This document shows positions 1-12,284 of a stretch of 64,000 nt of DNA, in pieces. Position 1 is the stretch's first letter; each line of letters begins with the position of its first letter. The notes under the pieces are model-generated. The model worked only from the letters and a program-made list of their open reading frames with translations, did not search any database and was not told the DNA's origin. Both the position numbers and the translations under genes were made by a program. Source of the stretch: Phaeosaccion multiseriatum (lineage: Eukaryota > Protista > Ochrophyta, other classes); the NCBI GenBank assembly GCA_965112735.1, contig OZ218965.1, forward strand, positions 2,294,001 to 2,358,000. Direction: 5' to 3'.

Positions 1-1007
1 AAGCAGCGTGATGAGAGGCCTCGCCACGTCCGGGCAGGGCTCGTGCGGACGAGCAGTATCAAGACACTAGTGCGCTGTGCACTCACTTTCTCTCGGGCTC
101 TAAAGCCAGATCCGTGGGTACAAAGAGGTGTACATTGGCGCCCTGCCGCTCGAACTCATCCAAGAAGTCCTCCACTCTCCTGTCCCCTCCCGTAAGCCAT
201 TGGTCGTGATCTAACTGCAGAATCCAGTCATAGTGGGGAAGGTACTTTCGCAGCGCCACAACTTTGTTGAAGTGGGGAGGGAGTGGGTCTTAGAGTGTAC
301 AGAGAGCAAGAAGGGGAGGATAGATCCGTGGGGGGGAGAAAGAAGGGGCAATACGGAGAGAGAGAGAAAGCAGGACAGAGATGCGGACAGAGGAAGGGAG
401 AAGAGAGACACAGAGAGAGAGGTGGTTTGAGAGAGAGAGCAGGGACAGAGGCATACGAAGAGAGGGAGGAAGAAAGAAAGACGCACACACACACAGAGGT
501 AGTTAGAGAGAGAGAGACGGGGGAGGGGTTGAGAGAAGAAAGAAACACGCTGAATTTCCTTCCCCTTTCTCCTTCTCCTCCTTGTTCCTCACCTCTTGTT
601 CCATACTCGTCTAACGGCCACGTCAAGTCCCGGTTGTACTGATTCGTATCGATGATCACGTCGTACCCATGCTGCGATGCATAGCAGTGACGAGTGATAA
701 TGAGTGCCTCAAAGGCAGCCTGGGCTTCATAGCGGGAGCCCATTCGGACGGACACGCCTCCCAGGCCGTCCACACTGAGAAGCAAGATTCGGGGCCTGGG
801 AGAAGCCGCTGGGTGCGCCACACTGTAGGCGTCGTAGTAGCTGGCGAAGAGGACATTCGGGTCTGATGCGACCACGTCTCCGGCGCCGTGCCGGTGGCCG
901 TAGGTGTAGGGATAATCCGTGCTATTCCACGCTGGAAGGCCCACACACACCCGCAAGTGCTTGTAGCAGGCCAGAAAGAGCAGAATCCAGGCAAGGTGGG
1001 TGTGCAT
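1..1007 (-). CDS. Glycosyltransferase, GT34 (GMA12/MNN10 galactosyl/xylosyl-transferase)-like; 3' end runs off the window
   Basis: Exon 1007(or 1127)-593 has an N-terminal hydrophobic anchor and 'RHCYASQHGYDVII'. A GT..AG intron follows, then an exon from 288 reads 'PHFNKVVALRKYLPHYDWILQLDHD' (K + DxD motif typical of GT34). Confidence 0.65.
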
Positions 1008-1155
1008 CTCTTCCGCCGAGTGGCAGAAGCTTTTACATGAGCGCAAAGAGGAGGGATGAAGCGAGAAAGGGTCGGAAATGAAAGCGAGGTCGCGAGAGGA
1101 TGTAACGGGCAGATCTTTCGTTGACATAATTCTCCCTGCTAATCCTTATCATCCT

Positions 1156-1260
1156 TTCAGCCCTGGACAAGATACCGGCCTGATTACTGATTATGACCGG
1201 CGCCAGCTGGCCTGATTTCTTATTATGGCCGGCGCCCACCGTAATCTTGTCTGGGGCCGA
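1156..1260. mobile_element. Short MITE-like element, copy 1 (imperfect ~17-bp TIRs, internal ~29-bp repeats)
   Basis: Left end tcagccctggacaagat and right end atcttgtctggggccga are inverted repeats. The interior ccggcctgattactgattatgaccggcgccag is shared with 11603-11825. Confidence 0.65.
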
Positions 1261-1339
1261 TTACGCAAATCGAGTGTTATAAAGACTAAAGAGGGGGGGG
1301 TTTGCCCCCCCAAGCGCCTCCCCCTCTATTACTCACAGC

Positions 1340-1430
1340 AAGTACTATACACTCACTCTGTCCATAAACCAAGTACTATGAGAAGTACTATACACTCACT
1401 CTGTACATAAACCAAGTATGACAAGTACTA
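1340..1430. repeat. ~43-bp tandem duplication (aagtactatacactcactctgt-cataaaccaagta)
   Basis: Two near-identical copies directly 3' of the stop of the minus-strand gene. Confidence 0.8.
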
Positions 1431-3185
1431 AATGCGCGGGACAGAGAAGTCTGGCGAGTAAAAGGTGGTGGAGTCGGGGCTGCTCTGGTCGCACTCGAAG
1501 ATGCACATCATATAGTAGGGGGAGGCCATGTCCACATCCAGGCAGTCGACATCTGAGGAGCACTGTGTGGCCTGGCAGCCGCGACTGGTCTGGCAGCCCC
1601 CTGGCCCCTGCCCCTGCCCCTGCCCATCTCCTGCCTCGTCCCCGGTCACGCCGGCCATGCCCTTGCACGAGGCAAGCGCACAGGTGGGCATGTCGGCACC
1701 CAAGAAATCGGGCCCGAGCGAGTCGAAGCGCGAGAGCTGCCCCCACCCCTCCAGAACGGGCCCGTCGAGGGGTAGCAGGTTGTCCCAGGTGCGCATGGCC
1801 ACGGCCCCAGCCCGTTCATAGTCCTTCGCCGTTGCCTCTGCCACTTCAACGCCCTCCTGCAGAGGCGGGCGGTGGGGGTCGAGCCAGTAACAGCACTCGC
1901 TCCCCGACGGGAAGAGGGGGGGTGTGTCGCAGGTTGCCCCGCCTGAGCCTGAGGCCGAGCCGGAGGGCGTGTGAAAGGTTCCCCCCGAATACCTCGACAC
2001 GAAGGCGAGAGGGTGCTCCTTGCTGCCGTCCGCCTGCTTGCCCGCCCGAGTGTAACCGTCGATTCCTTCCCCTCCCCTCGCGTAACGGGTGTAGTGGCCA
2101 CCGTCCGTCCCCTCCTGGTGGAAGGTCACGCCGGTGAGCCGCCGCCGCTTGATGTACACAGTCTGCGGTAGTGTATGATGACGGTGTCAGGTCTGGAACT
2201 CGTACAGAACGAATTAAATCTCATATCAAAGGGGCAGGAAGATGGACACAAGTAACTAACGTCATCAGACAAGCCTCAGCATGGACTTGTTCCTCGGTGA
2301 GAGAATTGGAGTGAGCTGCAAGGGGCTGAGCAAGTACAGCTGTACCACCAACTTACCACCCGTGTCCACGCTGGCCTCTCCCACTCATCTTCCTCGCAAA
2401 TCGTTGCCCTGGACTCGAGGAGCACCCAGTACGTCACGCGGAGCTGGTGGCCGCACGTCGCGTGAGTAAAGAAGGTTGGGACCTTTCCTTCCGTCACTGC
2501 CGCTGCTGCCTCTGCAGGTACAGATTCAGCGCCTCCCTCGCTCAGGTACACCTCATTCGGGGGTCTGTTTGGGGTCGGGAAACGAAACGAGGAGGGCAGG
2601 ATAAGGACTTGGCTTGTTGGTTGTACGGTATTCTGTTGGCTCCACTCCACCCCCAACGCCTTGTCCATGCCTCCTCCCTCCCTGGGAGGGAAAGATGTAG
2701 TGAGCTCCTTCTGGCAGCCTGCTGCCCCGCTCCACCACCCCCTCGTCCTCCCTCGTTCTTCCTCATGGCGGACACTGCGCATACGTGAGCACAGATTCCC
2801 TCCCTTCCTCCTTCCGCCAGGGATACACTGTGCTGCACTGTGCTGCCCGCCCTCACCTGGGGTACTTGAGCGCGCACTCATCGAAGAGCAGCAGCGGGGC
2901 GCACGCTTGCGCCAGCTCCAACACCTCCTCGGAGCTGAAGAACTCTGCGGCAGGCACCGGGTCAGGCACAGCAGGCTCTGTGGCAGGAGGAACGAGGGGA
3001 GTTGTAGGCTCTAAGGTCACGCTGCCGTCGTCAATGAGGCTATCGTCAGTGGTGCTGTTGCCGAAGAACAGCTCAGCTGCGGGCTCGTCCTGCTGCCCTA
3101 CGAAGCCCTTCATACGGAAAACTAGCCCCAAGCACCAGATCGATAGAGCGAGACACCAGCACTGTGAGGGGTGCAGCGCGTACAT
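1428..3185 (-). CDS. Secreted or membrane-anchored Cys-rich NPP1/NLP-Vps62-fold-like protein, 3 exons
   Basis: Exons 3185-2857, 2564-2357 and 2162-1428 join in frame at GT-AG sites. Ordered motifs: APLLLFD..YP, VPTFF..CG.LRVTYW....C, VTFHQ..GGHYTR, HPLAFV, CCYWLD, TWDNLL. Confidence 0.5.
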
Positions 3186-3468
3186 GGCTCCTGCCCCTGC
3201 TCCTGCCCCTGCTCCTCCTCCTCCCCCTCCTCCTCCTCCTCCTATTTTACTCTCGTTCTGTCCTTCTTCTCATGTGTGCAGCTTTGTCGAGCTGTTGTCG
3301 AGACGACAAGACCCCAAGCCGGCCCGCCCACAATTCGTTGACATAAATATTCGCCCCTCGACGCTTCCTCTTCCCTCTCTCAATAAAACGAGCTGCATAC
3401 AAAAGGGAAGGGGCTAAGAGCTCCCTAATACCTGAGCAACCATTGATCTCATCCATCAAGGCGGCATT

Positions 3469-6339
3469 ATGCTCGAAAGAGCAGAGGCCGCGGGGGAGGA
3501 GGTGATCGAGTTCCTAAAAGACTTGACCAGAGAGGATATATTGAAGTGGTGCTCCAGCGACGAAGTGTGGGCGCGCTCAGGGGCCATGGACAGCATCAGA
3601 ACTCTCACGAGCCAGGGTGAGCGCTTCGTGCCCTGCTGTTCCAAAGAGACCTTTGACCAAGGACGGACTAGGCTAAACAGGTCCTAAAACCCTTCTGGTT
3701 CTGTCCTTATCTCTCTCACCCTTGCCTCCACCTCTCAGGCACATTGGACAGCCAAGCCACGAGGGCACTTTGCTGGCGACTCCTGCTACGGGTCCTGCCG
3801 GAGGTGAGAAGAAATGCCTGGTGCTGCTGCGTGAATGGGTATCTCTCTCCCTCTCTGCTCTCCATTCTGCCCTCCCACCCCCCCCCCTTTACCCCCACTT
3901 CCCACTCCCGCATACTACAGGGCTTCCCTCCCTCTCAGTGGGCGGAGGTGATGCGGCTGAAGCGCGACCAGTACGATGCGCTAAAGGCCCGCCACGTGCC
4001 CGACATCTCCAAGCTGGCCGACGTGTCCTCCTGCGCCGACCCTCTCGGGGCCATGGCCGAGCCCCCCAGAGCGGAGGGCGGCTCGAACCCCTGGGACAAG
4101 TACTACGAGGCAAGTCAGTCAGTGAGGCCTTCCGTCCGTCTTGGGTGTCTGTCTGTCGTCTCGGTTTGTGTGTCCCCCCCCTCCGAGCTGTTGGTGGTCG
4201 CCCTGGGCGTATGGTCCACCCGTTGACCCCCCCCCCCTTGTACTGCTGCTGCTGCTGCTGCCGCTTCTTGGCTCTCTTGTGTGCCCCTCAGCTGCAAGAG
4301 AGGATGGAGCTGATCCAAGTGGACCTGAAGCGCCTGTTCCCTGCCGACTGCGGCAATCACTTCATGCAGCCCCGCCTGCAGACCACCCTGCAGAATGTGC
4401 TCTTTGTGTGGTCATCCCTCCATCCAGACACCAACTATAGACAGGTACGCCAAGTGGTGGTCTGGCAGGTACGCCAAGTGGTGATCTGGCCACAAGACAC
4501 CTTCCACAAGTGAAAGGTCCCCCTCCCCCTGTTGAGGCGTTACGTCTTACGTCTTCCCCTCTCCCCTCCCCGTCGAGCCCTCGCACCTGTCTACCAACGC
4601 CATATCACTCCTCTCCCCCCCCCCCTTGCTCTGCCCCGAAATACAGGGCATGCACGAGCTGCTCGCCCCCCTCATCCTTGTGCTGGAGGAGGAGGGCAAG
4701 CAGCTTGGAGCGGCAGGCAACCACCCGCCCATGCTCACAGGGGTGGTGCTTGCTTCCCCAGACAGCCCCAGGCTGGAGGCAGACGCGTTCTGGCTTTTCA
4801 GCGCCATTATGGACGACATCGAGGGCCTTTACGCCCACAAGCAAGACGAGGTGGGGATGGCAGGGGATGGCAGGGGATGGCAAGGGATGGTAGGGGATGG
4901 CAGGGGATGGCAGGGGATGGCAGGGGATGGTAGGGGATGGCAGGGGATGGCAGGGGATGGCAGGGGATGGCTGGGGTTGGTAGGGGGCGTGTGGCTTGGA
5001 TGGCTCGGTGGGGCTCTTCCACAGTCGTCCTCACGATCTTGTGCTTCTTGCTCCCAGCCGTCCTCACTACCTTGTGCTTCGTGCTCACAGTCGTCCTAAC
5101 TACCTTTCGCTTCTTTGCTTCAGCGTCAGCGCAGCCCCCGCACCACTCTCACGCCCTCTTCCCCTGCCCACCTTTGCCCCCCGTGGCCTCTCCGCAGGTC
5201 CCGTCGCCACCTGCAGAGGGGGGCGTTGTTGCCGGTGAGGAAGGCGACGAGAGCGCCGCCCCTAAGCCCACAACTTTGCTACAGCGCGTCTGCAGCACGG
5301 TGCAGGATAAGCTCCTCCCGCACGCGGACCCGGTGCTGCATGAACACCTCGAGGCCATGGTGAGGGGTGAGGAGGGAGGGGGGAGGGGGAGAGAGAGACC
5401 AGAGCATGTATGCATCCATCCAAGTGTGAAGCCTGTGTCTCAGTCTCTCTGTGTCACTCCCATCTCCCCGACCCCCCCCCCCCTGCCTGCAGGGCATCTC
5501 CCCTCAGCTGTACGTGCTGCGCTGGAGCCGCCTGCTCTTCGTGCGAGAAGTACCCTTCACCGATCTTTTGTGTCTGTGGGATGGACTCTTCGCGGCAGCT
5601 TCACCGCAGGTGCGCTACCCAATCAGGCCCAATTTCTCGTGCAGTGTGATTACAGATGGCGCAGAGGCGAACTAACTGCCCACCAAGCGCTGCTCTCCTT
5701 CTGACCCTATGCCTCCTCCCTCTGCTGCTGCGGCTCAGGTGAAGGGCCCCACCGTGGTGGAAGGAGTGGAGCTCATGTCTGCTGCCATCGTGCTCAGTCA
5801 GCGCGACATGCTCCTCGCCGGGGACGCAGACATATGTCTGGAGGTAGGCCAGTTTGGGTAGGGCGGTAGGCCAGTTTGGGAGCGTCGAGTGTCCCAACCG
5901 ATTACGGAGGAGGGCTGAAGGACAGGCAGCTCCTCTTGACTGATTTCTCGTCGTATAGCCGACCAACCTCTTCATCTGCTGCCCTCTGCTACCATCTGCT
6001 GTCGTGTACTCTCCAGTGCCTCCTCCGGAAACCCTCCATCAGTGACATGCGAGCCCTCCTGGCGTCCTCTCGGCGGCTGTGGAAGGAATGCCTGGAGGGT
6101 TCCAAAGTGAGGGCGTGGCATACCAAGAGGCCAGACCCGTCCGCAAGAGACGAGGCGCCCTTGCTGAGGCAGCAGCAGGGCATGCAGGGAGTGGAGCAGA
6201 TGGAGCCGGACTACGGCACTCGGCCGATTGGAGAGACCGCCTCGATGGCAAGTTGTGCCCCGGGGGGTCAATAATAGCTGCTTGCCGTATGTGTGTGCAT
6301 GCATGACCATCCCTCTCCTCTGTGATTACCCGCGCGCGC

Positions 6340-6382
<43 letters not shown>

Positions 6383-7240
6383 GCCGTTCCGTGACCGCCT
6401 CTGTCTGCAGGTGGCGGAGGAGATGGGCAAGTCCCTCGGCTCTCTGGCGCAGGGAGTGGCGGGGTGGATGGACGGCCTGCAGAAGAGGAGGTAACAAGAG
6501 GGGCAGGGAGGGAGGGGCGGGCTGTGTTTTGGCTCTTGTGTCTTGTGCCCGCCCGACTGAAGCAAGACGCAAACACTGCAGCGGTGCAGCGGACAGGACC
6601 TGCCTCCACCCCTCACCACAGCTCCCCTCCTGCCTCCCTCTTGCCCTCTCCTCCCTCGATATTCCCCCTCCCCCTTCGATATTCCTCCTCCATCGATATG
6701 ACTCCTCACCTCCCTGCCTCTGGTGGTCCATCGGCGGCAGCGGCTCTGCCAGCGGCTGGCGGCCTCCGCAGATCGTAGGGGGCTCCCCTGTGGGGGGGGA
6801 TCCACCCTCCCCACCGGGGCCTCCCACTGGAGAGGCAATAATAACGGCGGAGCTGGGCCGCCGCCTAAGGCGCTCAGTGGACCTCCTCGAGAGTGGAGCG
6901 GGCATGTCCAGCCAAGACCAGGTGTGTGTGTGTGTGTGTGTGTGTGTTGGCTGGGAACGTCCAGCCAAGACCAGGTGTATGTGTGTGTGCGCGTGTGTAT
7001 ATGTTGTGTGGCCGTCCCTCTCGTGCCCCTCTGATCCCCTGTCTTGCCCTGGTGCGTGACCCTTGCCTGCCCATACGCCTGCCTGCCTGTCCCCCCTCCT
7101 CTCAGGCGGAGGTGGTGCGGTCTGTGTGCAGGGAGGTGCGGGGTGTGGCGGCGGTGCTGCTCAGGGAGGCACCTGTCCCTGCCGCCCTTGCCGCTCGGGC
7201 GCAGCTCATGCAGGGGGAACAGGGTGGATATAGTTCTTAG
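3469..7240 (+). CDS. TBC-domain Rab GTPase-activating protein (TBC1D5-like), multi-exon; 3' end uncertain
   Basis: RALCWRLLL; IQVDLKRLFP (Arg finger); YRQ|GMHELLAP (Gln finger, across intron); EADAFWLF; LYVLRWSRLLFVRE; LWDGLF. Confidence 0.9.
4853..4972. repeat. Intronic 10-bp tandem repeat (gggatggcag)n, ~12 copies
   Basis: Starts right after the splice donor at ~4851. Confidence 0.9.
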
Positions 7241-7450
7241 CTCTGAGTGGGAGGGGGGCCGGGTGGAGACACACTGCTCGGCGGAAGGGATGAAGGAGGA
7301 GGCGGGATTGGATTCCGCTTCCTCTCCTTCCCCTTGCTGCCCACCAAGTGCGAAGGCTTCCCCTTTTGGGAAGCACGTCCTGGGCGATACGTAGCAGCAG
7401 TGTGATTCAATTAAAGTTAATTAATAGACATGGACTGCGAGACAGAGAGC

Positions 7451-9314
7451 TCATGGGCCCCCTCCCCCCCCGGGTCGTTTCTGTCCGTGCCCAAACTTCC
7501 TCCCCACTCCTCCGGCCGCTGCTGCTCCCCCTCCCCCGCCCTGGCCCACCTGCCCTCTCCCCCTTGGTCTGCTCGAGGTCCGAGGAGCCCTGTACACCAC
7601 CGCAGAGGATTTGACTGCATTGTACCCGGTGCGACACACAAGGATGTCTTGCAGTACGCTGGTGTGGTGCCTCTGGTCCCGCTCGGTGCCGGGCCCCCAC
7701 TGGGCGGAGTGCCATTTGTACAAGATGAATTGCTCGAACCTGCGGCCCAGACGCAACACTGCCTCTTCCGCTGGGGCCCACACGGGGGGCTGCAGAGCCC
7801 AAGCAGTGGGCGAGGGGCAAGCAAGGAGGGGCGAGGGTTAGGGTTAGGGGCAGGGGCAGGAGAGCAGGAGAGCAGGAGAGCAGGAGAGCAGGAGAGCAGG
7901 AGAGCAGGAGAGCAGGAGAGCAGGAGAGCAGGAGAGCAGGAGAGCAGGAGAGCAGGAGAGCAGGAGAGCAGGAGAGCAGGAGAGCAGGAGAGCAGGAGAG
8001 CAGGAGAGCAGGAGAGCAGGAGAGCAGGAGAGTCTGAGAGCAGGAGAGCAGGAGAGCAGGAGAGCAGGAGAGCAGGAGAGCAGGAGAGCAGGAGAGCAGG
8101 AGAGCAGGAGAGTCTGATACCCAACACATTACGTATTATGCGCATGTCATTACCTGCTTGGCCCTTGTGTGGCTGCCACTGCCTCTGCTGCTGCCGTCGC
8201 CATCGGAGTCGTGCGCGTGGGGGCTTAGCTTCTGCAGCGCCTCGAGGGAGAAGGCCAGCACGAAGCCCTCGAGGTACCAGTCATCGCCATCGCCACGCGC
8301 AGAAGCCTCACCCTCCGCCTCGTTCTTATGCTTAGCGGCGGCAGTAGCGGCCACCACGGGGTCCGCCTCCCAGTTGGCCCTGTACACATGCTGGGGTGGC
8401 GGCTGCAGCTCCGCAATGGCTGCCTCCAGCTCCTTGGTTCGCTGAACGTTCTCCTCCGCAGACAGCCGCCGGTCGCTCGGATCCCACGCGCTGAGCCCGT
8501 ACAGGACGACTCCATCGTAGAACAGGTCGGGAAGGCGCTCGTGGCCCTCCTTGCCTGCCACTTGCATGGCCTGTAAGGACACCGCCGTGCTGGTGCGGCC
8601 GCCCCACCCGCCGGATAGGGCTCTCTCGCGGTGCCCTCCCCCATGACCCTCCTCCCCGCCCAGGTACAGGGTCGTCTTACTATATATGTAGCGATCGCGC
8701 ATTTCCCCCTGCTGTGCCGCCGTCGGGATAAGTCGAGGCACGCCGTGCGGGTCCTTGACGCGAGGCCTGGACCCGAACAGAGGCCCTTCGTGCGTGCCCA
8801 GGATGACCGCACAGACCGCAGCCAGGCCCGCCACCAGGGTTGCAACCATAACTAAGACAAAGTCCGACCTCATCGTGTACAAGAGATCTTCGTAGGCGCT
8901 GCTTGTGGCACCCATACTGCTGCTCCGTCGGCCGACTCGGCCTTTTTTACTGCGCTTCCCACGACTACCGCGGCCAGCTGTTGCTCCCGTTCGGTGGAGC
9001 AGCGCAGAAGCAGTATCGTCCTCCTCATTTCCCTCCCCCTCCTCACCGTCGCCATCTATGTACACTTCCCGCTGCTGCCGCCGCTGCTGCCGCCGCAGTG
9101 CCCGCTGTGACTCCTCCGGACCTGTCTCCGTCCCTTCCGCCCACGGATCGCTCCCTCGTCTTTCCCGCGTAGCCTGCCTTGGCCTTTGCCGTCTTCGCCC
9201 CGACCCTTTAGTACCCAGCAGGGGGGCTGCCGGCCTGATGTCCTCCTCTTCCCCATCCTCCTCCTCCTCCTCTTCCTCGTCGGCTCGCACTTGTCTCTGA
9301 ACACCTCTCGCCAT
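7451..9314 (-). CDS. Membrane-anchored DUF3293-like protein, 2 exons
   Basis: Exons 9314-8154 and 7789-7451 join in frame. TM 'FVLVMVATLVAGLAAVCAVIL', then 'LSAWDP..RLSAEENVQRTKEL...WYLEGFVL...AVLRLGRRFEQFILY', which resembles the DUF3293 pattern (TAwNP..eN..L..w.Ee.f..Lg..f.Q.Aif). Confidence 0.6.
7855..8111. repeat. Intronic 8-bp tandem repeat (gcaggaga)n, ~30 copies
   Basis: Directly visible; fills most of intron 7790-8153. Confidence 0.95.
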
Positions 9315-9541
9315 TTGTCCCCGCTAGCTCTTCCTAGAGGACCTCAAGAGAGAAGTAGAGAAAGAGAGAATAGTCTTTCCTTGACTTCCTCCCGCAACAA
9401 GGGTGTTAGGGAGGAGGAAGGGAAGGAGAGGGAAGACGAACGGTTGAGTCAAGGGACCGTCGGTTGCCATCCTTCGTTGACATATTCGGGGTTGCCCTTC
9501 ATTTCCTGGTTTCCTCACACAAAGGCCTCTGCCTGGACGAT

Positions 9542-11246
9542 ATGTCGGGTCTGGTGGGCGAGTTCGGTGAAGCAGAGCTGAAAAAATTCAGGGAGAGTGC
9601 CGAGGCTGCGGCTCGGGAGGCAGGAAGGTGAGTTAATCATCTGCCCCCCCTCCTCAATTTTCCCTTCTCATTCCCAACGGAGGGTGCATTAACTCTCTCA
9701 ATCAACTCTCGTCCTACCCAGCATGATAGCAGATGCCCGCAAAAGTAGGCCAGGGGAAGGTGTGCATGTCAAGAGCGGCGTGGACCTGGTCACAGACACC
9801 GACGTGAAGGCCGAGAAGGCCATCATGGGCCGGCTCCGGAAGGAGTATCCTTCGCACAGCTTCATGGGGGAGGAGGGCACGGCAGAGGGGGGAGACGCTG
9901 AGCTGACGGTCGAGCCCACATGGGTGAGAAGGGTGCTGGCGAGGGGAAGAGCGTTCCAATCCCACGGTTGGTGTGCGTGCGACACTCAGTCATCTCTCTC
10001 CTCCCGTTGTTCTGCTGCCTCTGCCTCAGGTCATTGATCCGCTCGACGGAACGACGAACTTCGTTCACGGGTTCCCCTTTGTGTGCGTGAGCATCGCGCT
10101 GGTGGTAGACAGGTGGGGCACGCGGCAGGCGGGGGTGGGGGCGGGCTGAACGTAGCGTCGGGCTTGTGCAGTCGATGCTCTTGCCGTCGCGGCCTGACTC
10201 CTTCCTCCCCCTGGCAACTGAATGCCTCCAGGATACCCGTGGTGGGCGTTGTGTTCAACCCCTTCCTCGGCGAAATGTTTACGGCCTGTAAAGGTAAGGG
10301 AAGATGGGGCTGGGCAAGAAGTGAGAACACTTAAACAACACACGAGTCTCCCGTCGCGGAGTGAGTGGGAGTGAGTGGGTACTCGACTCGTGATCAACAG
10401 AGTGTTGCCCCACCCCCCGGCCGTCCTGCTGTCTTGCCGTGCTCTGTGCCTTCTTGGAAGGCTGTGGCGCCTTTCTGAACGGTACCCGGATAGGAGTGAG
10501 GTCCGGCGCTCGGCTGGGCGACGCCTTGATTGTCAACAACATTGGGGCAGCAAGAGATGCCCACTTCATTCGCCAAACACTGGGCCGACTGGCCCAGCTC
10601 CTCGAGGAGAATACGCAGGCGCTGCGAATGTCCGGTGAGTGCCAGGGAGGAGAGGGAGCTGCGCTGGCGTACTTGCACTATGTGACACTACCGTTTCTCC
10701 CGTGCCCTTCCCGACGCCGCTTCTCCGCTCCTTCCACCGTTGCTCTCTCGCAGGCTCTGCCGCACAGAACATGTGAGTTCCGATGTAGCGTCTGAAACGG
10801 GCTCGCGTCGCACGTCACGTTCACACTAGTAGTCCCCACTCAAACGAGAGAGATGGGATCCCTTCAACCAACCCCCCTTGATGGTGTAGTACTTACTCTG
10901 TGTAACCCCCTTTGGTTCTTTCCATATCTGCCACAGGTGCTACGTGGGTAGTGGCCAGCTGGACTGCTACTTTGAAGATGGCTACGGTGGGCCCTGGGAC
11001 GTGGCAGCCGGTGTAGTGATTGTGCAGGAGGCCGGGGGGGTGTGCACCACACTGGACGAGCGGCCCTTCCAGCTGCTGCCGGGCAAGGGGAAGATAGTGT
11101 GCGGTGAGTAGCCCTCTTTGTAACTGCATATGTATATATGGATGTACTCCCTTGCGAGCTTCGACGACAGAGAGAGAATCTTCTCCGTCCTCACCAACCC
11201 CGCCCGTCCTTCCCGTGGGTCCCCCCTTCCCTCGCTCACCACATGG

Positions 11247-11314
<68 letters not shown>

Positions 11315-11471
11315 TTCGGCCTGCCCCCCCCCTTGTGTGGTGCCCCTCCCTCCCCCCTCCCGCGCTACTCCTCTCGGCGCTACTGCTGCGGGGCTCACAG
11401 GCGGCGCTCCAATAGTTGCAGACGTGTGTGGGGCCATCGCTCGCGCAGACGCGAAGCTCGGAGAGAGCTAA
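9542..11471 (+). CDS. IMPA: Inositol monophosphatase (IMPA/SuhB family), 8 exons
   Basis: DLVTDTD, FMGEE, W|[23 protein letters not shown]|GSAAQNM|[20 protein letters not shown]; includes a 19-nt microexon at 10754-10772. Confidence 0.95.
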
Positions 11472-11602
11472 TCTCGGAGAAAGCCTGCGAGGCAGCGAGG
11501 GGGCGAGGAGGGGACAATAACCTCCCGACCTAACTTCAACTGCCTCGAAGCGGCCCCAGAGACAGCGCTCAGGGTAATTACTATGACCGCTCTAGCTACC
11601 TT

Positions 11603-11825
11603 TTCGGCCCTGGACAAGGTTATCTGATTACTGAGTACGGCCGGCGCAGCCGGCCTGATTACTGATTACAGCCGGCGCCAGCCGGCCTGATTATTGATTA
11701 TGGCGCCAGCCGGGCCTGATTACTGATTATGGCCGGCGCCAGCCGGGTCTGATTACTGATTATGACCGGCGCCAGCCGGCCTGATTATATGGCCGGCGCA
11801 CACTGTAACCTTGTCCAGGGTCGAA
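11603..11825. mobile_element. Short MITE-like element, copy 2 (20-bp TIRs with 1 mismatch, ~6 internal ~29-bp repeats)
   Basis: ttcggccctggacaaggtta ... taaccttgtccagggtcgaa; internal unit ccggcgccagccggcctgattactgattatg. Confidence 0.7.
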
Positions 11826-12284
11826 CCTTTTGTATTCTGCGGTAGCATGGCACGGGCCCGCAGGGAAGCAGTAGCTGAGTGGCTGACACCGGCGGTAGCA
11901 CAGTACTCTCGGGAGGTGTAAATAATACACAATACGACGTCATCGTCAGTCGTAGTTGCAGTCGATTGCAGCGGGGCAGGAATCCCCCGTGCTGGGAAGG
12001 GGTTGTCTGAAGTCAACAAAAGTAATCCCCCGGGGGGAAGCTTTTTTTTCTCTCATATGAATGACAGCTTCGATACAAAAAGAGAGTGAGGGACCACGAG
12101 AGCACAGACCACACAAACAATAAACACAACAGCAAGGCCCACCACCACTGCCTGCACCACACGCAGCAAGAGTCGTAGGGGCGGGAGCGGAATTAGGACT
12201 GAACATAATTTGCGGAGGAGGATCGCTGTAAAAGCAGGAACACCTGCCCACAAGGAGGGTTCCTCATTCAAGCCGTATCACACG

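Noticed and set aside
11569-11600. Resemblance to homing-endonuclease sites (cagggtaat; tactatgac)
   Set aside because: Only short partial matches and no rDNA or vector context; likely chance.
12053-12271. 72-aa hydrophobic ORF
   Set aside because: Starts at TTG with no ATG and lies in the likely promoter/5' region of the carrier gene.
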